From Lama glama (Eukaryota): DNA of 64,000 nt. Each line of letters opens with the position of its first letter. The first letter of the stretch is position 1. Shown one piece after another: positions 1 to 13,734 of this stretch. The notes beneath the pieces were generated by a model, which worked only from the letters and a program-made list of their open reading frames with translations, ran no database searches and was not told where the DNA came from. The DNA lies in NCBI GenBank assembly GCA_028534125.1, contig CM052816.1:68388001-68452000 (forward strand). Direction: 5' to 3'. The position numbers were made by a program, and so were the translations under genes.

Positions 1-522
1 ATATTTATATATCCTTCTAGTCTTTTCTAGGCATACATTTTTTTTTCCAAAAATGAGATCATACTTACTAGTATTACTTCATCATCTACTTTTTCCCCTG
101 TTGTATTATGTTTTATGGATCCATTATGGCTTTTTCACGTGGCATGGACTTGGCTTCCAAGGACCTTATAGCTTAGTTGAAGAAATACGACAAAAGTAAA
201 AACAAATGGAGAGCTGTTTAAACCATGGAGACAGTAAATAGAGCAGGAATTTAAATATATGCATAAGGAGTTTAACCTTCAAAGAATTAGTGGAGGAGAT
301 AATACTTGAGCCTTGAAATTAAGATTTGAACAAACAGGAAGAAGAAGGCATCTTAGAGTTGCATTAGCAAAATCCCAGGGCATGAAAACTTAATAAGCAG
401 AAGTTCAGCACTGATAAAGAAAAGGTTATGCCTGTATTTGATTTGGCATACATATATGAGAAGCTTAGAACTCAAGAGTTAATATTTGCCAGCCTGTAGT
501 TTATTCCCGAGTATTGATCTGA

Positions 523-1022
523 NNNNNNNNNNNNNNNNNNNNNNNNNNNNNNNNNNNNNNNNNNNNNNNNNNNNNNNNNNNNNNNNNNNNNNNNNNNNNN
601 NNNNNNNNNNNNNNNNNNNNNNNNNNNNNNNNNNNNNNNNNNNNNNNNNNNNNNNNNNNNNNNNNNNNNNNNNNNNNNNNNNNNNNNNNNNNNNNNNNNN
701 NNNNNNNNNNNNNNNNNNNNNNNNNNNNNNNNNNNNNNNNNNNNNNNNNNNNNNNNNNNNNNNNNNNNNNNNNNNNNNNNNNNNNNNNNNNNNNNNNNNN
801 NNNNNNNNNNNNNNNNNNNNNNNNNNNNNNNNNNNNNNNNNNNNNNNNNNNNNNNNNNNNNNNNNNNNNNNNNNNNNNNNNNNNNNNNNNNNNNNNNNNN
901 NNNNNNNNNNNNNNNNNNNNNNNNNNNNNNNNNNNNNNNNNNNNNNNNNNNNNNNNNNNNNNNNNNNNNNNNNNNNNNNNNNNNNNNNNNNNNNNNNNNN
1001 NNNNNNNNNNNNNNNNNNNNNN
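523..1022. other. Assembly gap (500 N placeholder)
   Basis: Run of exactly 500 N; same length as the second gap, so the true size is unknown. Confidence 0.99.
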
Positions 1023-1243
1023 GGATAGATGGGATTTTAAAATTGTAGAATAGATAAACAAGATTATACTGTAAAGCACAGGGAAATATATACAAGATCT
1101 TATGGTAACTCACAGAAAAAAATGTGACAGTGAATATATATATATGTTCATGTATAACTGAAAAATTGTGCTCTACACTGGAATTTGACACAACATTGTA
1201 AAATGATTATAAATCAATAAAAAATGTTAAAATGCAAAAAAAA
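1023..1243 (+). mobile_element. LINE-1 3' end fragment (camelid/artiodactyl type) with polyA signal and A-rich tail
   Basis: AAGATTATACTGTAAAGCACAGGGAAATATATACAAGATC...GACACAACATTGTAAAATGATTATAAATCAATAAAAAA; near-identical to the copy at ~15570-15800. Confidence 0.85.
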
Positions 1244-1937
1244 CTCTAATATAAATTATCCCAATTAGTGATTCATTTAATTAATAAACCCTCTTAAATG
1301 CAGAAAGGATTTGTGTGATATTTAGGAATCTTAGGCTTGTTGCTTTTTAGATGATGATATTCTTACTTTTTCACTCTTTGTACCTATTAAGATTCTTCTA
1401 TAATTCTTAGCTCTATGTCAGATATATAATCTTTTTGGAAATAGTAAATAACTATTCAAATTTTTGCCTGAATTTTACATTTATTTTCCATGTAGAAGGT
1501 GACGTTTGTAGTTCAGTTATTGAGATTGTTTTATAACTTTCTCAGTTCTACCCAGTACTCATAGAACTCAAAGGTAAATTTTTGCTAAGAGTCTGCTGAG
1601 TGCAGATCATAAATGTAATAAATGGTTAGGTTTGAAAGCTCTTACAAGGTAGATGATCTATCCAGTAACTGAACTAATCATTTTATTCCCCCAACCAACA
1701 TATATTTTACGCATACTGTGTGGCCAGGTTACTGTGTAAGGTGTAAGGAGTTAGGATAAAATTTCCCAAGGGGGAGGGGTGGGAGGAGAGAAACACCTTT
1801 AAGTTTGAAAAGGTTGTAAAAAAATATTGGGATGGTATTTCACCTTTTAAACAGCAGTCTGGTTGTGAAGCTGCATTATTTCTGTTTAGCATGTGTATCA
1901 ACAATTATTTTCCTTCTTATCCCTTGCTGTTTTTTAG

Positions 1938-2034
1938 CTCAAGGAGAAATTGAAGCTATAGTTGTGCCGGTTTGCTTAGCATTCCTACTGACAACACTTT
2001 TGGGAGTATTGTTCTGCTTTAATAAGCGAGACCT
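1938..2034 (+). CDS. IL6ST: gp130 transmembrane exon ((A)QGEIEAIVVPVCLAFLLTTLLGVLFCFNKRDL)
   Basis: ttttag|CTCAAGGA acceptor and CT|gtaagt donor; 97 bp; translation matches the gp130 TM segment. Confidence 0.97.
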
Positions 2035-2074
2035 GTAAGTACTCTTACTCATATTCTTGCATTTCTCCTCATCT

Positions 2075-4480
2075 TTATCGATTTATAATTTACACACAAT
2101 AAAATTTATCCATTTTAAGTGTACAGTTTGATAAAGTTTTGTAACTATATACAAATGTATAACTACCACCACAATCAAGATAGAGAATATTTCCATCACC
2201 TAAAAAGTTCCTCGTTCTGTTTTGTGGTCTGTCCTCTTCCTCAACCTCTGGTCCCAGGCAATCACTGATCTGTTTCCTGTGGTGGTAATTTTTGCCTTTC
2301 CTAGGATTTCACTTATATAGAATCAAACAGCATGTAATCTTTTGCATATAATGTGTGTATGATGTCATTTGGCATATTTTTGAGACTTATCCACATTGTC
2401 GCATATACTAATATTTTTCTCCTTTTTATTGCTGAATAGTATTCTTTAGTACAGATACATCAAAATTTGTTTATCCATACATCTGTTACGAAACGTAAGG
2501 TTGTTTCTTTGATTTTGGGCTGTTATGAATAATGTTGCTACGAACATTCACTTACAAATCTTTTTGTGTGTATCTTGAGTAAATACCTAGTAGTGGGATT
2601 GATGAGTTATATGATCAGTGCATATGTAACTTTATAAGAAACTATCAAACTGTTCTTCAAAGTGACTGTACCTTTTGTATTCCCACCAGCAATGTGGGAG
2701 TTCCATTTGTTTCATATCATCCCCAATACTTGGTACTGTCAGGGTTTTTAGTTTTAGCCATTTTTTTTCCATAGGTTTGTAGTGCTATCTCATTGTGGTT
2801 ATAATTTCCATTTCCCTGATAACTAGTAATAGATCTTTCCTTGTGCTACTTATATATTGTTTTTTTGTGATGTGTCTTTTGAAATCTTTTGCCTATTTTT
2901 AAATTGGGTGGTTGGCAATATTGGAAGAGTTCTTTATATATCTGGTTACAAAATTTTTGTCAAATATGTTTTGAAAATTTTGGTCTGTGGCTTGCCTTTT
3001 TGGTTTTTTTAATTGTGACTTTAGAAAAGCAAAAGTGTTTAATTTTGATAAAGTCCATTTCATCAGATTTTTTTTTATGGTTCTTGTTTTTTATGTCCCA
3101 TAGAAGAAATCTTTGCCTAACTTAATGTCACAGATGTGTTCTCCTGTATTTTCCTCTAGGAGTTTAATCATTTTAGCTTTATGTCTATGATTACCTAGAA
3201 TTAATTTTTGTGCATGGTATGAGGTCAGGGTCAAAGTTTTTTTCCATAGGTATCTAGTCATTCTAGCATCATTTACTGAAAAGACTCTTTTCCTATTGAA
3301 TTGCCTTGATACCTTTGCCAAAATCAGTTATCCATAAGACTGGATCTGTTTGTAGACTCTCAGTTCTGCTCCGTTGATCTGTATGTCTGTTCATGCTGAT
3401 ACACACGGCCTTGATTATTATAGGTCTATAGTAAGTTTTGAGAGCAGCTAGTGTAATTCTTCCAATATGCTTTTTTCAAAATTATTTTTGGCTAAGTTCT
3501 TTGCCTTTTCATATAAATGATAATATCAGCTTATACATTTTCTTTTAAAGTTAGAATTTTGATTAGAATTCTGTTGAACCTGTACATCAATTTAGGGGGA
3601 AATGCAATAGGAATATGAGTTTACATGTTCATAAGTCACATAAATTAATTTTTATAAGCATATTGATCTTATATACTTAGATCTTGATAAATTAATTTAC
3701 TCTAATCATTTTTGGGATTTCTTAGGATTTTCTACATGTACATACAGTTATGCTGCCTGCAAGTAAAGATATTCCAGTCTTTGTACTTTTAGTTCTTATA
3801 GTACTGACTGAGACCTTCAGTATAATCTTGAATAGAAGTGATGAGAACCAACATCTTTCCATTATTCCTGATCTTAGGGGGAAAAGCATTCAGTCTTACA
3901 CCATTCCATGTTACGTCAGCTATAAGTTGAAGAAGTTCTCCTATTTCTATTTTGCTAAGAGTTTTTGGTATGAATAGGTGTTGAATTTTGTCATACTTTT
4001 TCTGCATCTGTTATGATTTTTCTTTCATAAATGTGTATTTTATTCATTGGTTTTCAGATGTTAACCCTTGCATTCCTTGAACTTTGCTGGATTCAGTGTG
4101 TTAATTTTTACATTCATGGGTGATATTGGTCTCTCCCCTTTTTTTGCAGTGTCATTGTCTAGTTTTGGAATCAGGATAATACTGATTATCTCATAAAATG
4201 AATGGCATCATAAAATTAATGGGGACATGTTACCTTTAATTTCTGGGAGTTAGTGTGGGATTGACATTATTTCCTCTTTAAATGTTTGATAAAATTCACA
4301 AATGAAGCCACCTAAGCCTGCTGTTTTCTTTGTGGGGAGATTTTTAATTAAAAGCTGAATTTCTTTTAAATATAGGGCAGTTGAAGCTTTCTTTTTCAGT
4401 CTGTTTTGGTAATTGGTGTCTTTCAAAGAATTAACCCATTGATTGGTTGGTCAGTTCATCTAGGTTGTTAACTTCATTGC
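2075..4480 (-). mobile_element. Old, degraded LINE-1 (3' end plus ORF2 remnants), antisense in an IL6ST intron
   Basis: T-rich tract with reverse-L1 hallmarks (CCATTTTAAGTGTACAGTT, GGGAAAAGCATTCAGTC); minus-strand remnant peptide LNAFPPKIRN resembles L1 ORF2 RT. Boundaries approximate. Confidence 0.8.
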
Positions 4481-4574
4481 TTTTTCTTTTTTCAGTTTTC
4501 AGTTTTATTAGGTAGAATTGTTACAGTTTGACTGCACATATACAATATATTGCATGCATTTTAATTATTCTTTA

Positions 4575-4795
4575 GCTTCTGGGTCGCCCACTCCAGGGGT
4601 ATGGGGCCCGATTATACCGTGAGCACACCCCTCTTGCCGTCCCACTGTGGTTCCCTCTTTCTGTTTTCAGTTGAAGGTCTTCTTTTGCTATGTTCCAGTC
4701 TTTTTTCCGATGATTGTTTAGCAGTCAGTTGTGGTTTCATTGTATTCGTGAAGAGAGATGAGCTCGTGGTCTTACCACTCCACCATCTTGACCTG
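4575..4795 (-). mobile_element. LINE-1 5'UTR fragment
   Basis: Reverse complement starts CAAGATGGTGGAGTGGTAAGACCACGAGCTCATC, resembling a laurasiatherian L1 5' terminus; locally CpG-richer. Confidence 0.55.
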
Positions 4796-5504
4796 TCCTA
4801 TATTACTTTTTATTATGTTTAAATTTTATAGTTGTTCCTGCAGGAGAGTCAGTGTATTAGGATCTTATCACTCTTCTTTATTTTTTATCTGAACTTATTC
4901 TCAAGATGACTTACTTCATATATACTTATGTACACTTGTGGACCGCTAACATTGGGCTGGGAACTATATTAAGGAAAACATACTTAAATAGGTTTTTGAT
5001 GATGGAGGATATATTGAATTATTTTTAATATTGTTAGCCTTTCTTCCTTGTCAAAAATCAGATTTATCATATTTTATCTGGTACCCATGTGAGAATCGAT
5101 TTGTTATTTGAACTCTTTTAGTTGGGAATTGAATATTTTTGCTTTTTTTTTTAATTTTTGAGAGGGGATGTACCACAACATTTTGTGACCTGGTTGAAGT
5201 TTAAGTGGTTTTTATTGAAGAATTTGATTTCAGAGATTTTTTTTTGAATTGAATACTGATTACCAGCTTCAGCCTTGTAAATAATTTTTCTTTAAGGATA
5301 AGGATTAAGATCCTTATGCATTTTTAACAGTATTTTTCTATTGGTTACAAGAAAAATAAAGTTTCGGTTGGCCTTGGGGTACAGTAGGTATTTTTTGTTT
5401 CTTGGTTTGATTTTAAGATTTTTAGATGATTATGTTTAGATACAGGGACTATTCATTGTTTATTAAATGTGACTCTACATATGCCATATTTGTTTTTTCT
5501 CCAG

Positions 5505-5586
5505 AATTAAAAAACACATTTGGCCTAATGTTCCAGATCCTTCAAAGAGTCATATTGCCCAGTGGTCACCTCATACACCTCTAAGG
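5505..5586 (+). CDS. IL6ST: gp130 Box1 exon (IKKHIWPNVPDPSKSHIAQWSPHTPLR)
   Basis: ccag|AATTAAA acceptor, AGG|gtaaga donor; 82 bp; phase compatible with both neighbours; IWPNVPDP Box1 JAK-binding motif. Confidence 0.97.
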
Positions 5587-6452
5587 GTAAGATAAAATAT
5601 TTGACTTGTTTGTAATACACAAGCATATTAGGATATATTTGTAGAAGTCAAGCAAAAGATAATCAGACTGAATCAAAAAGTGGATGAAAACAAAACTAAG
5701 TAAGAATTTTAGCCAAAATTTAAAATATGTACACATTGTAGAAATTTATTATCACTTTAGCATATTTGTCCTTATATTCCTGGTTCTATTTAGTATACAT
5801 TAAAAATATTTTATTGAGCTTGCAAGTTGAAAACTGAAAGTGTTTTAAATACTGCTGTGTGATAATTCTGTTGTAAGGCAAGCATTTTAGATTGGGTATT
5901 ACAATTAAATTTAAAGTCTACTATTTTAATACTGATTAAGTGACTTCTAGAAACCTACATTAAGTTCTTTGAACTTCCCTAAAGGGAAAATGATTTACTA
6001 CCTTCTGACAATCCTTGAATTGTACAGTAACAGGTTGAAATGTATTGTGTGCTTTGTATTATATGAAACTTTGGTCATTTGAGTTTGATTTTTCTTAATG
6101 TTTCCTTGTTTTTCTATTCAATTAACCCTAGGCTGCCTAGTCTAGGCATGAAATATGAAATACTAGTTCTAGAACTTTAGCTTATCAAACTATAATATAA
6201 CACCAACAATATTGATTTGGAATTCTGAGGAAATACAGCCTAATTCATACTTCTTAAAATCAGAATCATTTCACAGTATCCGTAATGCTGGTAGTTGGCA
6301 GTGATTTATTTAGTGATGTAGATTATCTCTACACCATTAAAAGTTACTGAGACATTTCAGAGATGTATTAGCTATGTGGCTTTAACTAATGCATGCCATA
6401 CATATAAATGAACTTGCGCCATAGGTGGTAATCCATTTTTTCTCTCTCTCAG

Positions 6453-7190
6453 CATTTTAATTCAAAAGATCAAATGTATCCAGATGGCAATTTCACTGAT
6501 GTAAGTGTTGTGGAAATAGAAGCAAATGACAAAAAGCCTTTTCCAGAAGATCTGAAATCATTGGACCTATTCAAGAAGGAAAAAATTAATACTGAGGGAC
6601 ACAGCAGTGGTATTGGAGGGTCTTCATGCATGTCATCTTCTAGGCCAAGCATTTCTAGCAGTGATGAAAATGAATCTGCACAGAATACTTCGAGCACTGT
6701 CCAGTACTCCACTGTGGTACATAGTGGCTACAGACACCAGGTACCATCAGTCCAAGTCTTTTCAAGATCCGAGTCCACTCAGCCCTTGTTAGATTCCGAA
6801 GAACGGCCAGAAGATCTGCAGCTGGTAGATAATGTAGATGGCAGTGATGGCATTTTGCCCAGGCAACAGTATTTCAAACAGAACTGCAGTCAACATGAAA
6901 CCAGTCCAGATATTTCACATTTTGAAAGGTCAATGCAAGTTGCATCAGTCAATGAAGAAGATTTTGTTAGACTTAAACAGCAGCAGATTTCAGATCATGT
7001 TTCACAGCCCTGTGGATCTGGGCAAATGAAAATGTTTCAGGAAGTTTCTGCAGCAGATGCTTTTGGTCCAGGCACTGAGGGGCAATTAGAGATATTTGAA
7101 ACCGTTGGAATGGAGGCTACAATTGATGAAGGAATGCCTAAAAGTTACTTACCACAGACTGTAAGACAAGGTGGCTACATGCCTCAGTGA
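6453..7190 (+). CDS. IL6ST: gp130 terminal coding exon, cytoplasmic tail (HFNSKDQMYPDG...YLPQTVRQGGYMPQ*)
   Basis: ctcag|CATTTT acceptor in frame with ORF 6474..7190; Box2 VSVVEIE, YSTV (SHP2/SOCS3), STQPLL di-leucine and four YXXQ STAT sites (YRHQ, YFKQ, YLPQ, YMPQ). Confidence 0.98.
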   Translation, partial: HFNSKDQMYPDGNFTDVSVVEIEANDKKPFPEDLKSLDLFKKEKINTEGHSSGIGGSSCMSSSRPSISSSDENESAQNTSSTVQYSTVVHSGYRHQVPSVQVFSRSESTQPLLDSEERPEDLQLVDNVDGSDGILPRQQYFKQNCSQHETSPDISHFERSMQVASVNEEDFVRLKQQQISDHVSQPCGSGQMKMFQEVSAADAFGPGTEGQLEIFETVGMEATIDEGMPKSYLPQTVRQGGYMPQ

Positions 7191-10100
7191 AAGACTAGCT
7201 CCTGTTACAGCTCAGCAGCACCTGTAAATTAAAGCTAAAAATATTTCATCTGTGATTTCAGATCGAATAATCTTCACTCACTGAAGATGATCATTTGCCC
7301 TTAAGGACAAAAATGTACTGTCCTTCCCAGAGTATCTGGGATTCTACTTTAAGCACTACATAAACTGACTTCATCCTCTGAATAGCTGAATGACTTGTGC
7401 TGTTTCAGGATGTTTGCACTGAAGAAAAACAAAGCTTGTCTGAAATTTATAAAGTGAAACTTCATGTTTTGCCATGTACAGAACAGAGGGTATTTAAATT
7501 AAAAGCAGTAATAAACTTAGCTGTACTGATTTTAAGGAGAATAGTCATCAAATAAAGTGGCTTAGGGAGAATAAAAAAATAAAGGAGCAACATCTAGATC
7601 CTCTACTTCGGCTGACAACATAATTTAAAAAGGAGCCCAGCTGGTGCAGTTAATGAGTACAGCTTTTGTTGTCTGACAAAGAAAAAAAAATCTGTTCACT
7701 CATAAGCATATCAACATATAAAATATTAATTAGTTCTCTTCATTGGTAATGATGCTGCCAGTTACAGAGAAAAGGAATCCTAGAGTTTTAATTTGGCAAA
7801 CAAAAAATATTAATTTTTGAGTATTATATAATCAACACTTAGGTAAAATTTTCACAAATTAGCTATCATTTTTGACAGCCTCTGAAAATTCATTTCACAG
7901 ACTCAGCAGAACGTCCAGATAAAAGGAATGAATGTGACAAACTGTCTTAAACATTTAAAAAATTCTTTGCCATTTGTAAAGGTTTAAATTGTTAACACTT
8001 TTCTATATGTGTATATAAATATTATTGACTCTTGTTAAGACTTCAGAGGATTTGGTAATTTGGTTAATGAAGCACTTTATGCAATATGTTTTCAGCTTAA
8101 AACGTGTTTTAACTTAATATGCTTCATTTTTAAGTAGACCTAGACTGAAATTTTTCTTTTTTTTTCTAGTAGGTGTTTGAAGCAGACTAAGTTAGAGGAC
8201 TTGGGCAGTATTCACCAAAAACAAACAAACCACCACCCAAAAAATTTACATATTGATGTTAGTAAGTATCACAGTTAGCAAACATCCTTATTGCAGAGGC
8301 ACTTAATGAAAAGATAGTATTTTAATGTCTGCCAGTTCTGAGGTAGGTGAAACAGTTCTACATGGTGATTTAGGAATATTTTAAACCTCTTTCCCACATG
8401 TTCTTTTCTTCAGGGGAGAAGTCAGTCAGGCCTCCAGAGTTTAGCACTAAACTCAATTTCGCATTTAGGTTATCCCTACCCACTACGTTTGATGAGGAAG
8501 CAGGAGCCAACACTAGGAGCTGAGTAAGAAGTTGTCATAAATCATGTGGTTGACTACTGCTGTCAAGTAAGTTTGGAGAAAATAGGTTTTGTTTTTCTGT
8601 CATATTTAAGTTACAGGAACCAGGCCAACTTAAAATAGTTTGTAGACGTTATTGAAGAATAAAAGACTGAGAAAAATTGGTACACAGTTACAGGTGAAAT
8701 CAAATTGTACTCAATACTCTCTCATTAATATTGTTCACATTAGACTTCCTGCTCTACTTCACTTTATCCTTTATATGCTTTCCTAATACTGTTCACAGTT
8801 CTTTCATTCATATGGTCTTTGTGAGACACAGCAGATGCTTTATTCTGATATAGCCAGTTCTACTTTAGGCAAAACAAATACAAGACTGGTAGTATGTCAG
8901 AATTAGAAGTAGATGGGGAAAATTAGGCACAAGGAAGTCAAGTGGGGGCAGAGGAAACCCCAGACTCACACACACTACAGGTTAATGGCATCACTATTAT
9001 TTAATTTGGTCATCAGAGGCTGGTCCAAATCAGGACAAGATTTATCTTGCTAAATGTCAAAAAATTTATACACATTTTTCATTTCCTCGAAACAAGCAGT
9101 CATGTTATGGTAACCACATTTAGCAGTAATCTCCCTCCTAACAAATATCAGTGTTGTGAAGAACATTTTAGTGTGAAGATTGTGATGGGGGTGGGGGGTG
9201 GGCAGTTATAAAATATGAACTCATGATCTAAAGGAATGAGAATGAAGAGTCATTTAAGAAAGGATAAGCAAATTTGTGTGTTGAAACTTGTATAGAACAT
9301 GGTGCAGTGAGTGAATCCCCCCAGCCACAAGAGCACTTTAGACATATTAAATGGATAAATGGTCACTGTGCAAAAATTCATTCAGGAAAAGAATATATGT
9401 AACATACATCTTTGCCTCAAAAGAAAAGCAATCATGAAAACTGTTTTAAGTACAAAATTACTTTTCTAAAGCATATGTGTTAGAATAATCTGTGTTTTGA
9501 TACGTGGGAATTGTATTTTAGGCAGGCAGAGAAATCCAGTTTATCTGTGTGAACATCAGTCTGTGTTTAAGATAGTGGATTTATTACTCATTAAATGTTT
9601 AGTATCCAAAAATTGAAAGTAATACTAGCACATCAGAAAACAGCTTCTTTGTGGATGAAGCTAATTCACTGCAGTTGCCCCTTATAAGATTAAAAAAATA
9701 ACAATCAAGCATATGTTGAATACACTGTTACTATAATTTGACTGTTGGTTACTGGTGTCTTTGGTAGCTTACCCCCGGCTCTCATAAAGGCAGGAAGCTG
9801 AGTAACTGTTGGAAAACTATTAGACTTCCATTAAAAGCTAAAAATTTAATTCTTTTATAGAATGGGTCATTCAGCACTGGGGAACATATCCAACATATGA
9901 GTAGAAGCAAGGGAAAAAGCAAAATCATTTACATGTTTTGTGTTCATATCTGTTCGTTTAATTGTTCATTTAATTTCAGCCTTTTTCTTCGATAGATTTT
10001 TTTTTACACATGAAGTCACCCAGTGACCCTAGTTTATTGTGAAGTTAAAGGTTAATGAAGTTGAAATATACTTTTAAAACATTTATTTATGAAAGTTCAA

Positions 10101-11465
10101 ATTTAAATAGAAACAGCTTTATAAATAACAAAATTGAAAATGACTTTTTTCTACCACGTAGTTAACTAGTTAAATTCATGACATGAATTTAGATGTAGAG
10201 TAAGTACATACTAGAATTCCCTAAAATATTTATTAACTCATGGGTTGACCAAGTGGGAGAACTCTTCCTCTATCCTATTATATTCCACACCATTTTCCTC
10301 CTGTTTGGTTTTAAGAACAGATTTCTAAAACTATACCCTTGTGTTTTGGTAGTTTTATTTTGTTGAAATGGGTAAAGTGTCAAAATAATAAGCTATATAA
10401 AACTTAAAGTTCAATTATTAAAAAGATACTGGGATAACTTTCTATTGTAGGTCATGTTACATTCTATTGCCCAGGTAAGATTACTTTAAAATAATTTTTT
10501 GCACTTTTTTGTAAATTAATAGGAAGTCATCAAATGGCAAGATATTTAGGTTTAGTGTAAAATTAGGCATTGTCATAGATTTCAAAGAAGATAGCAAGTT
10601 TACAACGTAATTCTTTAGATGGTTTCTTGATAGCAGTTCCTTTTCTGGTGGTTTATAAACGAAATGTAAGTCAAAACAAAACTTTCTAAAGCCAAATGTA
10701 GTATCTTTTGGCTTAGTCTATTTTTTCATTATATGCCACGAGTATGTGTATGCACATGCTATTCTAGTATATGTTGATTACATTAAAATTCTTAAGAAGG
10801 CAGCTCTGAGTGAGCTCTTTTGTTACCTGTTTGTTCCTAAATTTTTAAAGCCTTTTGGTAGTCAGTAGTTCCTTAAAGCAGGTGAATTTAACTTCATTAC
10901 CCAGTTGTTTTTTAAAGTTGATAGATCATGATAAAAATATATTTAGGGCCAATCAATGGTGATAGATGTTACAGATCTATTATCCCTTAAACATAAGCTT
11001 TGACAATAACTACATGTTTAAAATGCCGTTACATGAATAACATGATGTGTCAGAAATAAGGGGGTATTTTAAAGATGGATATTTTAAAATTCTTTAGTCT
11101 TAATGTATATGTATATTTAATAGTATACTCTAAAAGTAAGTGTGCAATTTGCTAGGACTGCAGTACAGTGATCAGCATTAGGTATGTCTCCTCTTTATAT
11201 CCTAGCTATGTCCTGTTTACTTGTAAGTGCAATTCTTTCACGTTTGCTTGCTGTTTTACCCCCACCTAATCTACTTCATATATAGCAGGCTTATCTGGAG
11301 AGACTCTTGTATGTATTTTTACTTTTGCAGTGAATTGCATGTGCTACTCGTAACCACAGCTCTTGTTTTTATGTTGACATAACTCTAAATGTTACTGTAC
11401 ATGTTCTCATATATCAGCTCTAGTCCTTTAAGTAAATTTAATAAATTCTTACTCAAATTTTCTTG
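7191..11465 (+). other. IL6ST: IL6ST long 3'UTR (putative extent)
   Basis: AT-rich, largely repeat-free sequence after the stop codon, ending at an AATAAA followed by a GT-rich element. The end point is inferred. Confidence 0.65.
11440..11445 (+). terminator. Candidate distal polyadenylation signal of IL6ST
   Basis: AATAAA with an upstream TGTA (near 11396) and downstream TTTTCTTGGGGTGTGGT. Confidence 0.6.
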
Positions 11466-13734
11466 GGGTGTGGTCACTACCATTTGATGTCATGATGTTT
11501 GAGGTAACAGTATTTATCATTACTGGTGTTGGGGCTTTGTGTAAACTAGATACTTTTTGAGGGTTCTGTGGCTTTTTAAATGCTCATTTAGCATAATGGA
11601 ATAGGATTTAGAAGAAAAGCTATACACTGTCTTGGCCTTAATCACATATAGAATAGACTCAGAGATGGCAGATCCATTTACCAGTTTCTAGGTTTACTGA
11701 GATGATTTCTGGAATCCCAGCATCTTACCTCCCAGTGGGTTTTTTAACAGTTGGGATGCCAAGGGACCAGTCAAGGAGAGAGGTGCTGTGCCATCTTGTG
11801 GCCTGTCTGTGCCCACAGTCTGCTGGAGTCTGTCCTTGTCACAGTGAAGCGTGACGCCATCCCACTGCTGCCTGCTGACGTTGCTGAGTAGCAGTGTGTG
11901 AAAGTCACAATCTCACCTGGAAGGAAGTCTGAAGTGCTCGATTTGTGTGTCTTCACATCGCAGTTTTTATCTAAATATTCAGTGAGTCAAAATACACCCA
12001 CAAACCACACAAGTTAACTTCATCCTTTTAACATATATGCTAATGGTTGTAGGAAAAGTCTCTTGGCTTTGGGCTATGTGTTCCTTTGTTTAAAATCTTA
12101 CATTTGACTCTGGCTCTTATAGGCTCTTTGACTTCTTTGTGGAACCGCTTGTCTTACCCTCATTGATACAATGGATTCAGTCCATCCTGCTTCTGAAAAG
12201 ATTACAAACCTCCCTCCAAGCATTTCTGTTTCCCTAGCCCAGAGAAAGAGAAACAGTTTTAACTTTTGGTTTCAACTTTTTTTCTTTTTAAATTAATATA
12301 AAATATTCCTTGCATGCTTTCAAAATATAAACATTCAGCAGAATAACAAACTGGGTGTGTGATCCCACATGCAGTCCCATGCTCTGGCTAGTTAAGAGAG
12401 TGAACAGAAGGGTAGAAGAAAAGGAGACCTGAGGTAGAAAAAGTGTGGAGAAGCAGAGGAACGCAGTGATCCAGGTCAGCAGCTCATGCACCTGTTGCCA
12501 CTCTTAGGTTGGCTGCTGGCTGATCTAGGAAGACCTTAGAAAGGCTACTTGGTTTCTCAACAGTTTAAAACAGTTTATCCCCATTGAGAGAGAAAAAAAA
12601 TCTACTTTTAAAATCAAAGTTCAATGTTTATTTTTAGGTTAGAGTCACTTTGTCCCAACTGCTAAAGGTTTTAAACAGATGGGGAGGCATCGCTTAGGTT
12701 TAGAAGTCTGTGGACATTCAAAACCCAGTTCTTTTGCATTTATTCCTTGTGACTGTGGTTTTGTCATTTTACATGTCAGAAACATAACTAGAATTGCCTT
12801 TTATCATTCTTCAACACTTTTTAGTGAGAATTATCCCTGACTTAAATGGTTTTCACTTATACATTTATGCATTTGTTGAAGTTAGAATCCTTCCAGAATA
12901 ATATGGTGAGATACATTGTGGGAATCCTCACTCACAAAAATAAAAGTGGAAAAAAACCCAACTCAGATCAAGCATTCTCCCTCCAGCTACCTCCCAGCCA
13001 GGACTGTGGACAATCCTTTTGAGACAGAGTAGCCAAAATAACCAAGCGATCAGAGGTGGTTTATCCCCCAGAGCACTTGTTCAAACGCTAAATGAGACCC
13101 ACCCTTCGACAGTTCAGGCTCCCTTTGGTAGAAGAATCTTAAAGGTTCAAGACACAAGTACACACCTGGACACTGTCTCTATAGGAAATTGTTTTCCCTG
13201 AAGTTTTGGCTAAAGCCAGAAAAAGCCTAAATAGTGATAACTTTTAAATGAATTAATATAAATTTCTCTGCAATTGGTTCTGCATGCTTCCAGGAAGAGG
13301 ATCATGGTTTTAAGTGAATGGCCTAAAAGAATATTTAAGTAAAAAGGTACTGTTGAGATTCTGACAACAAAACAATTCTGTGTGAACATTTAAGGAATGA
13401 ATAAAGGGCAGTCACACTTCACTGTAGGTCAAAGTCAGTGTGGATTTTACCCATTTCAATCTAGACTTAAACACCTGGGCTACTCAGTTGGCATCAGAGC
13501 CCAGGAAGGGACCTCTGAGAACATCTTAAGTTCTACACTTAGAACTGTGACTAGAAACCATTGGCTGCTCATGTTACTGGGGTGAGGGGCTGTTCCCTGC
13601 ATGAGCAAGACATTGCTGATCGCCCACTGGGCCACATGCTTGGTACTGGATGTATAAAGGTTAACAAATGCACACCATCTATGGAATGTTCACTTTAGGT
13701 CAATAAAGCTTTAAAAAACTTACGAGGTAAGGAT

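Noticed and set aside
472..1191. Long ORFs spanning the first N run
   Set aside because: Artifacts of translating N as X.
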